A stretch of DNA of 64,000 bases, from positions 20,894,001-20,958,000 of the forward strand of contig CM120646.1 of the NCBI GenBank assembly GCA_051362555.1, written 5' to 3'. The stretch's first letter is position 1; every line of letters begins with the position of its first letter. The DNA is from Lingula anatina. Taxonomy: Eukaryota > Animalia > Brachiopoda. A model generated the notes under the pieces. That model made no database searches and was not told the DNA's origin. It saw only the letters and a program-made list of their open reading frames with translations. The position numbers were made by a program, and so were the translations under genes. Positions 1-12,400 of this stretch are shown here, one piece after another.

Positions 1-1822
1 GAGGCACTATTCTGTGACCTTAAAATTGACCTTTGACTTACTTTTAACCATGAACTGAACTTTGCAAATTTTGTTCCCTTTTATCTCCAAAACTAGCAGA
101 GATAGGTCCATAGTTACTATTTAACTTGAGTAGGAAGTCATATACTGACAATCTAAATGTGACCTTGAAATTGACCTTTGACCCACTTTTCACCATGAAT
201 TGAACTTTGCAAATTTTGTTCCCTTTTATCTCCAAAACTAGCAGAGAAAGATCCATAGTTACTATTGAACTTGAAGAGGAAGTCATTAATTCAATTTACT
301 GTGACCTTAAAATTGACCTTTGACCCACTTTTAACCTTGAACTGAACTTTGCAAATTTTGGTTCCCTTTTATCTCCAAAACTGGCAAAAATACGCCCATA
401 GTAACTATTGAACTTGAATAAAAGTCATTAGAGGCAATCTAAGTGTGACCTTGAAATTGACCTTTCACTTTTATTTCATCATGAATTGAAGTTTACAAAT
501 TTTGGTTCCCTTTTATCTCCAAAACTGGCAGAGATAGATCCATAGTTACTATTGAACTTGAATAGGAAGTCATATACTGGCAATCTAAATGTGACCTTGA
601 AATTGACCTTTGACCTACTTTACACCATAAACTGAACTTTGCAACTTTTTAATGCTTTTATTTTCAAAACTGGCAGAGATATGCCCATAGTTACTATTGA
701 ATTTGAATAGAAAGTCATACGAGGCAATTTACTGTGACCTTAAAATTGACCTTTGACCTACTTTTAACCTTGAACTGAACTTTGCAAATTTTGGTTCCCT
801 TTTATCTCCAAAACTGGCAAAAATATACCCATAGTAACTATTGAACTTGAATAGAAGTTATTAGAGGCAATCTAAGTGTGACATTGAAATTGACCTTTGA
901 CCTACTTTTCATCATGAATTGAAGTTTGCAAATTTCCGTTCTTTTTTATCTCCAAAACTGGCAGAGATAGGTCCATAGTTACTATTGAACTTGAATACGA
1001 AGTCATATACTGGCAATCTAAATGTGACCTTGAAATTGACCTTTGACCTACTTTACACCATAAACTGAACTTTGCAACTTTTTAATGCTTTTATTTTCAG
1101 AACTGGCAGAGATACGCCCATAGTTACTATTGAATTTGAATAGAAAGTCATACTAGGCAATTTACTGTGACCTTAAAATTGACCTTTGACCTACTTTTAA
1201 CCATGAACTGAACTTTGCAAATTTTGGTTCCCTTTTATCTCCAAAACTGGCAAAAATACGCCCATAGTAACTATTGAACTTGAATAGAAGTCATCAGAGG
1301 CAATCTAAGTGTGACCTTGAAATTGACCTTTGACCTACTTTTCATCATGAATTGAAGTTTACAAATTTTGGTTCCCTTTTATCTCCAGAACTGGCAGAGA
1401 TAGGTCCATAGTTACTATTGAACTTGAATAGGAAGTCATATACTGGCAATCTAAAGGTGACCTTGAAATTGACCTTTGACCTACTTAACACCATAAACTG
1501 AACTTTGCAACTTTTTAATGCTTTTTTTTTAACTTTGCAAATTTTGGTTCCCTTTTTTTTTCTAAAACTGACAAGATACGCCTATAGTAACTATTGAATT
1601 TGAATAGGAAGTTATATACTGGCAATCTAAGTGTGACCTTGAAATTTATGTTTGACCTACTTTTTATCATGAATTGAAGTTTACAAATTTTGGTTCCTTT
1701 TTATCTCCAAAACTGGCAGAGATAGGTCCATAGTTGCTATTGAACTTGAATAGGAAGTCATATACTGGAAATTTACTGTGACCTTGAAATTGACCTTTGA
1801 CCTACCTTACTATGAACTGAAC
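1..1822 (+). repeat. ~145-bp tandem repeat array (about 13 monomers) with a ~433-bp trimer higher-order period
   Basis: GTGACCTT(G/A)AAATTGACCTTTGAC recurs at ~14, 159, 301, 445, 591, 733, 878, 1024, 1167, 1311, 1457. The variant AACTTTTTAATGCTTTT recurs at ~644, 1077, 1510. Confidence 0.95.
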
Positions 1823-1842
1823 TTTGAGTGTACCATTTTTAG

Positions 1843-1844
<2 letters not shown>

Positions 1845-1886
<42 letters not shown>
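1845..1886. repeat. (TA)n microsatellite within the HINE 3' region
   Basis: Perfect TA run; the same site is a short TATATA in the other copies. Confidence 0.95.
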
Positions 1887-1890
<4 letters not shown>

Positions 1891-2824
1891 ATATTTTGAG
1901 AATTCTTGTTGATTGCATTTTTTACAGCTTGTCAAGCACAAGACTGGTGGTGGTGGTGTCCCTTTTTTGTGTGTGTGGGGGTCTATACGATCGCGCTTAC
2001 TCCAGCTGGTGATACAATATTCGGAGGCAGTATCGCCTTTCTGATCCTCTAGTTTTTGCTAATTGTTTATGTAACAGCTTGAGGTCCTACTGTCATCCAT
2101 GATTTTGAGTGCTTGCTTGCCTGCTTAGTATACCTAAAAACAAAACATTGACTATTGGAAAGACCTCAATGCATTTTTGTGAAGTTAATAGCACCCACTA
2201 TCTGTAATGTCTATGCCAGACATAAAAGCACTAAATAGAGCATGGTTATCAAAATTATTTGTTTCAAAATCCAATTTATTATAAGTACTGATATCCTGTG
2301 CTCGTCACAAGTCTGGGACAAAACTGTCATGGACGGTATTAAACTTTATAATAAAGTGGCATTGTTCCAAGTACTAACATGCATTAATTAGACCTGTACA
2401 GGGTTTGACACTCGCACTTGCCAGCTCGCCAATGCGAGTTAAAATTAAATCTGGCGAGTGAAAATCATGGTGCAAGTCGCCATTTTGGCGATTTATGTCA
2501 ACTTACTGTATTAAGTTTATCGGCAAAATTAAAACTCAATTTAAGTACGACTCATATGCCAAAATTTACAGGGAAGTTCATGGGATTACCCTTACTGCTA
2601 ACCTCGTTTTTACTCTCATAATCGTGATTGGTTGAAGTTGGGGAATTCCACAATGACGTATTCACAGTCTCGCTGTCGTTTTTGAAAGTATCTAGCCTTT
2701 GTTTGCGCGCCGGATTTTGACAAAGTATAGGAAATGCTGTCTGTTTCGTTTCACTTACGTCTTGCGATTTTGCGCAGTTGACGCTTCCGGGAGAAAACCT
2801 GATGCACGTGGATCATCAAGCTGC

Positions 2825-3874
2825 ATGGAGAAGTTTTTAAAAATTTCAAAACGGCAAGTAGAAGTGAGAGCGTCGCAGAATCGGCTTCAACTTCAAGTGG
2901 TAAGTAAACAAAATCAAAGCAGAAACGAACTAATAGTCTGAGCTCTTTGACCCAACACATGTTTTTGACGTTTTCTGATTTTTTTCCTGAGCGGAACAAA
3001 AAAAAAAAAACCAAGGTCAAAGGGGGGGGGGGGGGGGTTAAATGCGTGCGATGTGCAACGTGTGTAGGGTAGGAGAACTTGAATTACCTAGCGCACGCTA
3101 TTACAGTACAGTGCAATACTATACAAATAATACAAAATAATGAATTTTATTTCAACTCTGATACAATTGAATCTTTTAACAATCTCGTTAGTTTTCAGCA
3201 GTTCACCGATTGCATCTCCGTCAGAGCGACTTACGGAGTTCACCCTGAATTTCACAAGTTCTCTAATAATGATAGTGCTTAATTTAACCTCATTTTAATA
3301 TTTATTTTGAAACAAGTATTTCTATATATATATTTATTAGGACCCCATATCTGAATGGTCTAGTTGTTTGTCCCAATTGTTGATTTTAACGTTGTTAAAT
3401 GTTTAGCTCTTTATCACATGTACCAGTAATTGATTATGTCTGACTCAGCGATTGTGTTGGCAGTCTTTAATAAACTTGACACTTGACACTAAAAATTGCA
3501 GGTACCAAACCAAAAACACCAAAAATTGAAGGGTCCTCAGATTAAGGCATATCAGTCTGAGCCATCCATTGAGGTGACAACTTCAGTCTTCCATTGATGT
3601 GACAACTCCCAGTATCCACTCTGAGCCATCCATTGATTTGACAATTTCTGAGTCTTCCATTGATGTGACAACTCCCAGTATCCACTCTGAGCCATCCATT
3701 GATTTGACAATTTCTGAGTCTTCCATTGATGTGACAACTCCCAGTATCCACTCTGAGCAGGCAGAGATGTCAGACAGTGACAGTGATGAGGGGTTTGATG
3801 ACTGTTATAGTGATTCAGATGAAGAAAATGAAATGACTGAGAAGGATGTGGAGCCGTTTTTAAGACAAAATTGA
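2825..3874 (+). pseudogene. Two-exon remnant gene inside the hAT-like element (probable internally deleted transposase): exon 2825-2899 and exon 3502-3874
   Basis: MEKFLKISKR...LQV|GTAAGT spliced to TTGCAG|VPNQKH...SEPSIEVTT is in frame with the repeat. A 2-nt deletion in the first repeat unit then shifts the frame. Acidic tail DSDSDEGFDDCYSDSDEENE. Confidence 0.45.
3556..3757 (+). repeat. 66-bp coding tandem repeat (SEPSIDLTISESSIDVTTPSIH), ~3 copies
   Basis: TCTGAGCCATCCATTGA...CCCAGTATCCAC repeated three times. Confidence 0.9.
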
Positions 3875-4931
3875 TCTTTATACTGACTTTTATCTCTTCA
3901 TCGGTATCAGGACAATTTCCCCCCCCCGGCCGATTCCCCCCAAAGAATAAATATTTATGTACAAATATATAGCAAAGAGCATGAAGCTTAAATCCTTGCA
4001 TCTATTGTATGAATACTTCTTGGTGTGATGATGCAACTTAAAGATACAAAATATAAATTTCATTAAACAAATTATGTTCATGACATGGTGTACAAGTACA
4101 GAAAATTTTATTAAAAATCTAATCAGAGTATCTCTAGATAAAGTGGGGTAAATAAATATGCATATAGTTTATGTTTAATTTAGATTAGAATGTGCAAAAT
4201 CTGTAGACTAAAGAATAAACACAGTTCTAGGTTTAAAAAAGGTTTTAATTTTTTTCTTTATTTGCATATGATAACATCTCCATCATGAGTCATTACCACA
4301 TGGCCTGCACTTTGAATATTTGGCCAGTAACTTCGTAATAAAGCTGGCCAAAGTCTGGCTTGTGCATTTTCGGTTTGGCCAGTAACTTTCAGAGCACACT
4401 GGCCAAATTGGCCTGTACTATTTCAAACGAAGGTCAAACGCTGCCTGTATTGATGGCAAGGTGTATCGAACATGGTAAAATGAACAGCTATTGTGTGTTT
4501 GGATTCTGGGTGTCAGGTACTTACTTTGGCTCTGAAGCTCTATGTTGCACGGTTAAAACAAGACTGTGGCCTTGAACCTGATTTAGGAGTAGATGTTTGC
4601 CACATGCATAGTACCTGGATTAAAAAAAATTATACCAGTGCATTGTCCTCATTCCCCAGAGATTCCCCATGAAGTCAACTTTTAAAAATGTAAACAGAGA
4701 ATAAACATTTACTTCCATCTGATGCTGCAATTAATATGCTCGCTTTAAATCTTTTAATTTAAATTAAATTCGAATAAGGTTAATCGTGAAAGTTTTTTAT
4801 GGACTTGAGTATATTACGACGTTAAGTAAGCCGACAAAAACCAGTCTTCAACAGAAGACGATTTAGCTCAATCCTTGTTTGCACTGACTGCTCTAAAGAA
4901 TAATAAACTTTTCTGCGTGCGGCAGGGATAA

Positions 4932-5096
4932 CAGGGGCGGATCCAGAGATATTTTCTGACAGTCTTCCGAATATATTGATCCATCCTCCATTTTTGACCG
5001 CCTTTCAACAGAAATATTACATATACCTGACAATGAAAACTTGAAAATCTAACCGTCTTCCGGAAGAACCAGAAGACGACCTAAATCCGCCTCCTG
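4932..5096. mobile_element. MITE with CAGGGGCGGAT termini (hAT-like); second copy in opposite orientation at 63129-63282
   Basis: CAGGGGCGGATCC ... AATCCGCCTCCTG; internal CCGTCTTCCGGAAGA is shared with the 63.1-kb copy. Confidence 0.7.
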
Positions 5097-5942
5097 AATA
5101 TGTTCTCAATAAAAGAGTCGGGGGTGATAAGATATAGAATTAACCTACCCATATCTGGCAGAATTTTTGTCAGTTTCTCGCGTGTCAGTTTTAGTTCCTA
5201 CTTCTGCTTTGTCTACCTAACTGGCCTGCCAATGAAAATAACATCCTCTGCTTCTGCATTTCCCGTTTTATTTCCTTTTTCATTGTCCCGTGGAGTTATT
5301 CCTCTCTCTTTCAACCCACGTGTGCTCGGACTACGCTCCATCTTGGTTTGCAGTGACATCCAGGTCTTCTCCAGAGCGTAGTAAACAGTAGTATTCAGTC
5401 ATATGCAAATTGAGGCAAGTCCCAGAATGCCACGTGTAGGGGAGTAATGGCAAAAAGTTTAGACGAAAAAAAGAAATGCTGCGCTTTTTTTTCTTTAAGT
5501 GATCTTAAAAACCTATATCTTGAACTTTATTTTCTCAACGGTTTCGTGTGAGATATGCTTTGGGGTTCAGGATAAAATAGGCAAAGTTTCAGAGAAAGGC
5601 CTATTTAAGCGTCTACATCGGAAAGACACCCTTTAAGTGTACTCTTCCCTGATAATTTAAATGTGTTTAATGTAACATTTTCCAAACTTTATTAATATGA
5701 AGCAAAGTACTATATATATTATAAAGGTAGAGCTTGGACACAAGAGATGATTTCATGTCATCGTTGCATAACTGCCAGTGCAGGATCACAGTGTGCTTTT
5801 CGGACTCTTTAAAGTTAAGTGTACTCTTTCCTAATAAATTTTGTATGTGTTTAATGTTGCATTTTCCAAATTTTAAATTGCACATTATGAGAGGAAAGCG
5901 TGCTCACAAGATCGGTGCCGTGTTGCCCATGTCTCATAGTTG

Positions 5943-5943
<1 letters not shown>

Positions 5944-6010
<67 letters not shown>
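5944..6010. repeat. (TA)n microsatellite
   Basis: ~33 TA units. Confidence 0.97.
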
Positions 6011-6013
<3 letters not shown>

Positions 6014-6470
6014 TGTAGAGTTCTGTTGTCAATCTTTCAAAAAATGGAGCAAAAGACAAAATTGTACCGCACAAAATGAAAAGGGTCTCAGTCTCTGAAT
6101 ATTTTTAGTTTGAATTGTTGTGGTTGAGCCTGTAATAATTTGTGTTTAACAGCTGATCATTTCGTACCTAGCTATTAAACTTCAAAATACATTGAGATGG
6201 TTACAATTGGTTTCATTGAATTTGTTTTAGTTGTACTGCAACCCATCTGTATAACTCAATTTTAGTGCAGTTCTTGAAAATGTACCTTAGATATGATTTA
6301 TATTATATGCAATATGTTTTTCTTAGAATTACAATTTTAAGTATAAAATTTGTTCAGTCCAACTCTTGGTTGCAGATAAATATTTATTTTTAAAAAAAAC
6401 TTTGGCTGGGTACATGTAGGTAGGAACATGGGGTGAGTATGCTTTTTAATCCCAAATTATTTCATTTTAG

Positions 6471-9400
6471 CTAGAGAAGGACTTCTCCAGGCTCCAGTGC
6501 AGGAGAGAGGAGATGAGGAAGGAGGTAATAATAAGCATTGTACTGAGGAAAAGAGCTGCTGTGCCACAGTAAAATTCACACCAGTTTGGCCTGCAGGGTT
6601 ATTTGTATTTTCAGTTATTGTACCACCAGCGTTAGCGCTGGCGGTACACATGGTTTCGGTCCTGTCCGGATCGTTCCGCCGGCTCCGCCGGATGGCTACC
6701 GTTACCGCTTCTCCTCCTAGACGGTAAGGGCCCCCGTACCCATCTCTTGGATTTAGGTCACCTATAATCTCAGCTCGTTCCACGTAAAATTTGGGCTTTG
6801 TCGGTATTGGGGTCTGGTTGTGGCACTCATTGCAATGCACCCTTGTCCAAAAATGGCAAAATTAAATGCTAATTATCTACCCTTCGGGAAAAATTTCTAC
6901 AGACGGCTTTCCAAAAGTCATATGTGTAGATTTCAAATATGCCCTTGGATTTGACCTTTGACCTTTACTTCAAGGTCAAACTGGCCAAAATTTTCAAAAA
7001 AATTATGAAAAAAATTTTTTTTGCCCTGTTTTTCAGACACCACACAGACTTAACCAATAATATTATTGGAAAGTGTTACCCTTCAGATCATCTTTCATCT
7101 CCTTGAATTTGGGGTCAATCAGTGCATTTTCACTGGAGTAGCGGCCATAAGATGCCAAAACTGAAAACTGTCTCTAATTGGGGAACCTTTAATGCTAGAG
7201 ACCCATTCTTTTTTGCATTTTGTAGAGCATGTAAAGCCCAACACTGGAGGTGGTCTCCGTTTTTTGTATTCCAAACGGTTTTCGAGTTACGCTTTCAAAA
7301 AGCACATATTGGTGGTGAAAGCAAAATGTGCAGTACGGTATAGTCAGGTGGCTAAGTCCAAATTTTATCCAGAATTGTGCAATAGATGATAAAAGCATGA
7401 AACTTTCCACGATGAATGACCATTGGGTGTTCGTCTATTTTGGATCAGGGGGTTGACAAACACCCAATGGTCATTCATCGTGGAAAATTTCATGCTTTTA
7501 TCATCTTTTGCACAATTCTGGATAAAATTTGGACTTAGCCGCCTGACTACTTTTCACCATGAACTAAACTTTGCATATATTTTGCTTCCCTTTTATCTCC
7601 AAAACTGGCAGAGATAGGTCCATAGTTACTATTGAACTAGAATAGGAAGTCATACACTGGTAATCTAAATGTGACCTTGAAATTGACCGTTGACCTACTT
7701 TTCACCATGAACTGAACTTTGCAAATTTTGCTTCTTTTTTATCTCCCAAACTGGCAGAGATAGGTCCAAAGTTACTTTTGAAGTTGAATAGGAAGTCATA
7801 TACTGGCAATCTTACTGTGAAATTGACCTTTCACCTACCTTTTGATGAACTTTTGATATATTTTTTTGCATATTTTGAAAATTCTTGTTGATTGCATTTT
7901 TACAGCTTGTCAAGCAAAAGACTGGTGGCTGTGTCCCTTATTTTGTATATGTGGGGGTCTATACGAATGCGCTTGCTCCAGCTGGTGGTACAATATTCGG
8001 AGGCAGTATTGCCTCTCTGATCCTCTAGTGTCTATTTGGTTATACATTATTGTGACAGACATAACATCCATTCCCCTTTACTATGTACAGGTGTCGTTTG
8101 ATCTGTGCACTTACCCAGGTACGTCCTTCTAACCTGAACATTTATTAATCACATGGGACACCAGACTTCCGTCCTACTGTAGGATAGTCATTTGGTCACA
8201 ACCCATTCAAAACACTGGACATTTCTAATAATTTCTCCATCCAAACCAGGACTGTCTAGAAAGCATAGTACCTGTGGGCATTCTGACAGTATCTCTGCAA
8301 CAATTTTTTTTTATATCTCTACATTTTTACATACAGGCACTCTCAAAGATTCGTGAGCAAAGTTTTGTAAAAGAACATGCAAAATGATTTTGTGATTAAT
8401 GTTGAAAATGACACTGTATTTTGAAATTATATACATTATCAGACTTGATCACAAAGCTTTAATATATTTTGTGTCATTTTTCTTTTCATTTCATTTCATA
8501 TAGCAGAACTAGTATATACTGTGACAAAAAAGGTCTATGTGTTTTTAAACAGCCGGTTGCACTTGATAATAAATGCAAATGAAGTGTGCTGGCACTGTAC
8601 GATGTCTTCAAATATTTTTAATTTGCCAAATGCCTAGAGAAGTCCTTTAACATAAAACAACCAAAAAGTGCATTTATATCATTAACACATGGTACAGATC
8701 GTAACAGAATGATGCCTTGGTTTTTGGAGGTGGATTTATTACTATAACCATGTTAATTTATCATTTTTTTCTACTATTACAACTTGCCAGATACCAGTAC
8801 GTGTAATTGTTCAACATGTTTCATTATGTTGTACATGTTGAATAAAGAATTTCAAAGAAAAATATATTCATTAAAGATACTTATCTGCCCTTGAAAATGA
8901 AGAAAACAATCCACTTATTTTATCAATATCACATAAAACACAGATTACATTTATGAATACATAAATTAGTCATTTTAGCTTACACATTTACCACTGAAAT
9001 TTTTGACCAGCTTCAAATACCCCATTCACAGTACAGTTGCAAAAATGCGCTTTTCTATAATCCGAATTTTTCGTGAGATTTCGAATCGGTATTGCGTTCA
9101 CACATGTAAGCGAAACCGAATTACACGTTGAAAATTTCAGGTTTAACTTCCTGTTTTGAACACTCGCGCATGCGCCGCACAGGAAATCTTAAAATACCAA
9201 CAAAAATTTGTGACGACAAATGCAACTCTAAAGACATTCTAGCATTCTTGAGAAGTATAAGATGGCAAAATAAGTTTGTTTTCTCATGTTGTAGTGAGTG
9301 GTGACCTCCAAATACGTTTGGTGCAATCGCTAAAGTAATAAACAAGCGTTCATAGATACCCGCACTTATCTGCACACATGCGCAGTTAGATCTGTACAGG

Positions 9401-12400
9401 TGTCGATTCCAGTAAGTTATCCGGATCGCGCTAAGAAATCCACCTCGCTTGCAGGATTTTGAAAATGCGCATTACAAAAATCCTCTTGCGTTCACACTAC
9501 TGCATTTATTCGAAATTGCTATCCGGATAACTGAGCGTAGTGTGAATGGGGTATTATAGATATTGTTTTTTTGGACAATTCTCGGTTATAAAAGCGTAAA
9601 ATGGAATTGGGACTAAAACCTGTACAGACAGTAACATATATCAACATAAAAATAGAATTACCGACCATATTTAACACAAGTATTTGCCAAAGTGAAAATT
9701 GATAAAAATGTAAACAAACATTGAGTTGGGCTCGTCTTGGTCAATGCATGACATCTAATCTTGAATTTTACATGATCTTCCTACAAAAACAGCTGAAGCA
9801 TTTGTTTACAAGGATAGATTTGAATAAAATTATAGCTACACAATTATGGCTTTTAAACAAATTATACAGGCTCTGGAATTTCCCGCACACTTTCTAGTTT
9901 GCAAATTAAAATGAAAGTTATGATGTTGTCAAGGAAAAATGTTACCGCAATGTGTGAGTTTGGCGAACATATACTCTGACAAATAAAACGTTTCCAAATA
10001 AAATATTACATGGGTATGAAGCTTAAACACCCAATTAATATACATCTGATTGGAAGTATTAGATATTTACTTCTGCAGATAATATTGACATTTTTCGGTC
10101 AAATTTTCATTGTTTCACAAAACGAACACGACGTAATGTAATGATGCGTGAAAAAATGACGTAAAATCCCTACGCCATGACAGTATGTGTCCTAGTACTG
10201 TGCCAAATAGGCGGACATGCAAATAAGTGGTGACGCACTAAAATTTAGTCCTCAAAATTGTACCACTTGGGTCATTATATCTTTCAACTGCATGTTTCCA
10301 GGAATTAATCAAAGAATTATTTAGGCATAATGATATATTTCAACACATTTTGAAAGCAATTTTATTATGTTTGACATTTTTCAGTAGATTATACAGGTCC
10401 TTAACTAAGGTAAAATAATTAATTTTTTGCATGTATTTTGTTGATGTTTCTTGCTTTTTGGTGTCTGTACATTTGCCAGCTTTGTTGTTTAGTTTTATGC
10501 TGTTAAGTATTACATACGTATTTCAGAGGAAGGAGGTCCTGACAGAGAACCCACTGTAACAGGTGATGAAGGAGGTCCTGAAAGAGAATCCACTGTGACA
10601 GGTGATGAAGGAGGTCCTGAAAGAGAATCCACTGTAACAGTTGATGAAGGAGGTCCTGAAAGAGAATCCACTGTAACAGGTGATGAAGGAGGTCCTGAAA
10701 GAGAATCCACTGTAACAGGTGATGAAGGAGGTCCTGAAAGAGAATCCACTGTAACAGGTGATGAAGGAGGTCCTGAAAGAGAATCCACTGTGACAGGTGA
10801 TGAAGGAGGTCCTGAAAGAGAATCCAGTGTAACAGGTGATGAAGGAGGTCCTGACAGAGAATCCACTGTAACAGGTGTTGTAAGAGGTCCTGATAAAAGA
10901 ACTACTTCAACTAATACAGATAATGGAGAGGACCCAAAAGGAGGAACCAAAGGTGTAAGGCCAGGTAAAAAACTGTACACATAATGAGGCAGATGCACCA
11001 TATGTTGCTTTTAATCTAGCACCAGAGCAAGGTATATTTGTGCAGTGATAATAGTAAGTGGATGTTTAGTAATGTATCATTTTATTTTTAACTGTGTATA
11101 TTTATTATGGAAGATGATTAACAAAACCCTTTTTCATTGACTTTTTTCTTCAGAAAGGAATATGAGGGTGCATTCACAATGAATTTATCATTCTAGCTAG
11201 TGCCTACTAACTCCACTGGGACTCTTGAATGCACTCAGATTAACATATCACTACTATGAATTGAGTAGAATACAGAAAACGTGGTGGTTATACAAGTGCT
11301 TTTGAAACAGGAAGGGGCTTGTTAAATTCTGTTAATCTGATTGTATTCAGCAAGAGTCCCTGTGGAGTTGGTGGGCACTAGCTAGTACTATATATTCATT
11401 GTGATGTATCCTTATAGTGATTGTCTGTTTTTGTAATATATGGCAGTAACTGTGTGTGTGTTCATACTAGGGAAAGGTCAAGTAAGAGTTTACACAAGCA
11501 GTGTGCATGTAGAAGCTGAGAGGCTTGTAAAAGCAGACCAGTGGACTGAGGAAGACGAAGCACAATATGAAGACGAACAGCAGCAACAATACAGGGCTAA
11601 TGCAGCAGCACCAATGCAGGTTACTGACAGAATTGAAAGGTATATCATATTATTAGCATGTGAGTTGGGGGCAGTGTTTAGGGGGATGGTGGAACAGAAT
11701 AGGGGATGTTTTAGTGATGCAAATACTAAGCAATTATGCGCAAGGCATCAAAGGGAATAACAGTTGTTCATTTTGGCTAAAAAATGGACTTTCCTGGGGT
11801 AAACAACAATTTTCCCATCTTTATCAATGGTTTGTGAATCTCTTCCAACATTAAAAGTTAGTCCCTGTTTTTTTGGGGGGGTTATTTTCCTAAAATATTT
11901 GAACTTTTCTAGCAGTATCTTCAGAGATTATTATAGAGGGTAGTTATCTATGGGGGGTCGTGGTCCAATTTCAAGTACAGGTTCAAGAATAATTGCAATA
12001 ACCGTTGTTTTGGTGTAAAATAGAACTTTTATATTCCTTTGAATTGTATACAATGTATTTTTTTGTAAAATACAGATTTGATACGAAGAGTTGTTATCCC
12101 TTTAAGTACAGGAAGTCAAATTCTTTGTTAAAAATACTTATAACATTATATCATATTTATCTTTTAGATTTTAATTTTGGTGAGGTGATACATGTACAAA
12201 ATGTATGTAAGGCATAGAATAGTACTTGCAATACAATAACTTTCAAAAAATCATTGAATGTTGCTTGATGGTAAAATAAGTGCAATAAGAAATAATAATA
12301 ATAATTATTATTATTATTATTTTAATTATTATTTTAAAAATTACTGTCCATATCAAATGAAAAGGTTTTGTTACAGATAGAAAGAGCCCCATGCAATGTG

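Larger units (their letters stand above)
1..2053 (+). mobile_element. Non-autonomous Helentron-associated element (HINE/DINE-like), family 1, copy A; 5' end lies outside the window
   Basis: Array of ~145-bp monomers, then the family 3' end: subTIR GCTGGTGATACAAT, hairpin GAGGCAGTATCGCCT, terminal CTAGT into a T-run. Same 3' end as copies B-D. Confidence 0.8.
2399..4443 (+). mobile_element. Non-autonomous hAT-like DNA transposon with 6-bp TSD (hAT6/hATx-type)
   Basis: TIRs CAGGGTTTGAC (2399) / GTCAAACGCTG (4443). CCTGTA is directly repeated at 2393-2398 and 4444-4449. Subterminal short repeats GGCGAG/TCGCC (left) and TGGCCA(G) (right). Confidence 0.8.

Noticed and set aside
5400-5640. Kolobok-like right end (GGAAAGACACCCT|TTAA)
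   Set aside because: No matching left TIR found, so the element cannot be delimited.
8040-8230. Possible degenerate Nin-type SINE (CATGGGACACCAGACTTCCGTCCTACTGTAGGA)
   Set aside because: Too decayed; no A/B boxes or boundaries could be defined.
10510-11001. Minus-strand Ser/Pro-rich ORF (SLSGPPSSPVTVD)n
   Set aside because: Antisense shadow of the plus-strand repeat exon, which has phase-compatible splice sites.
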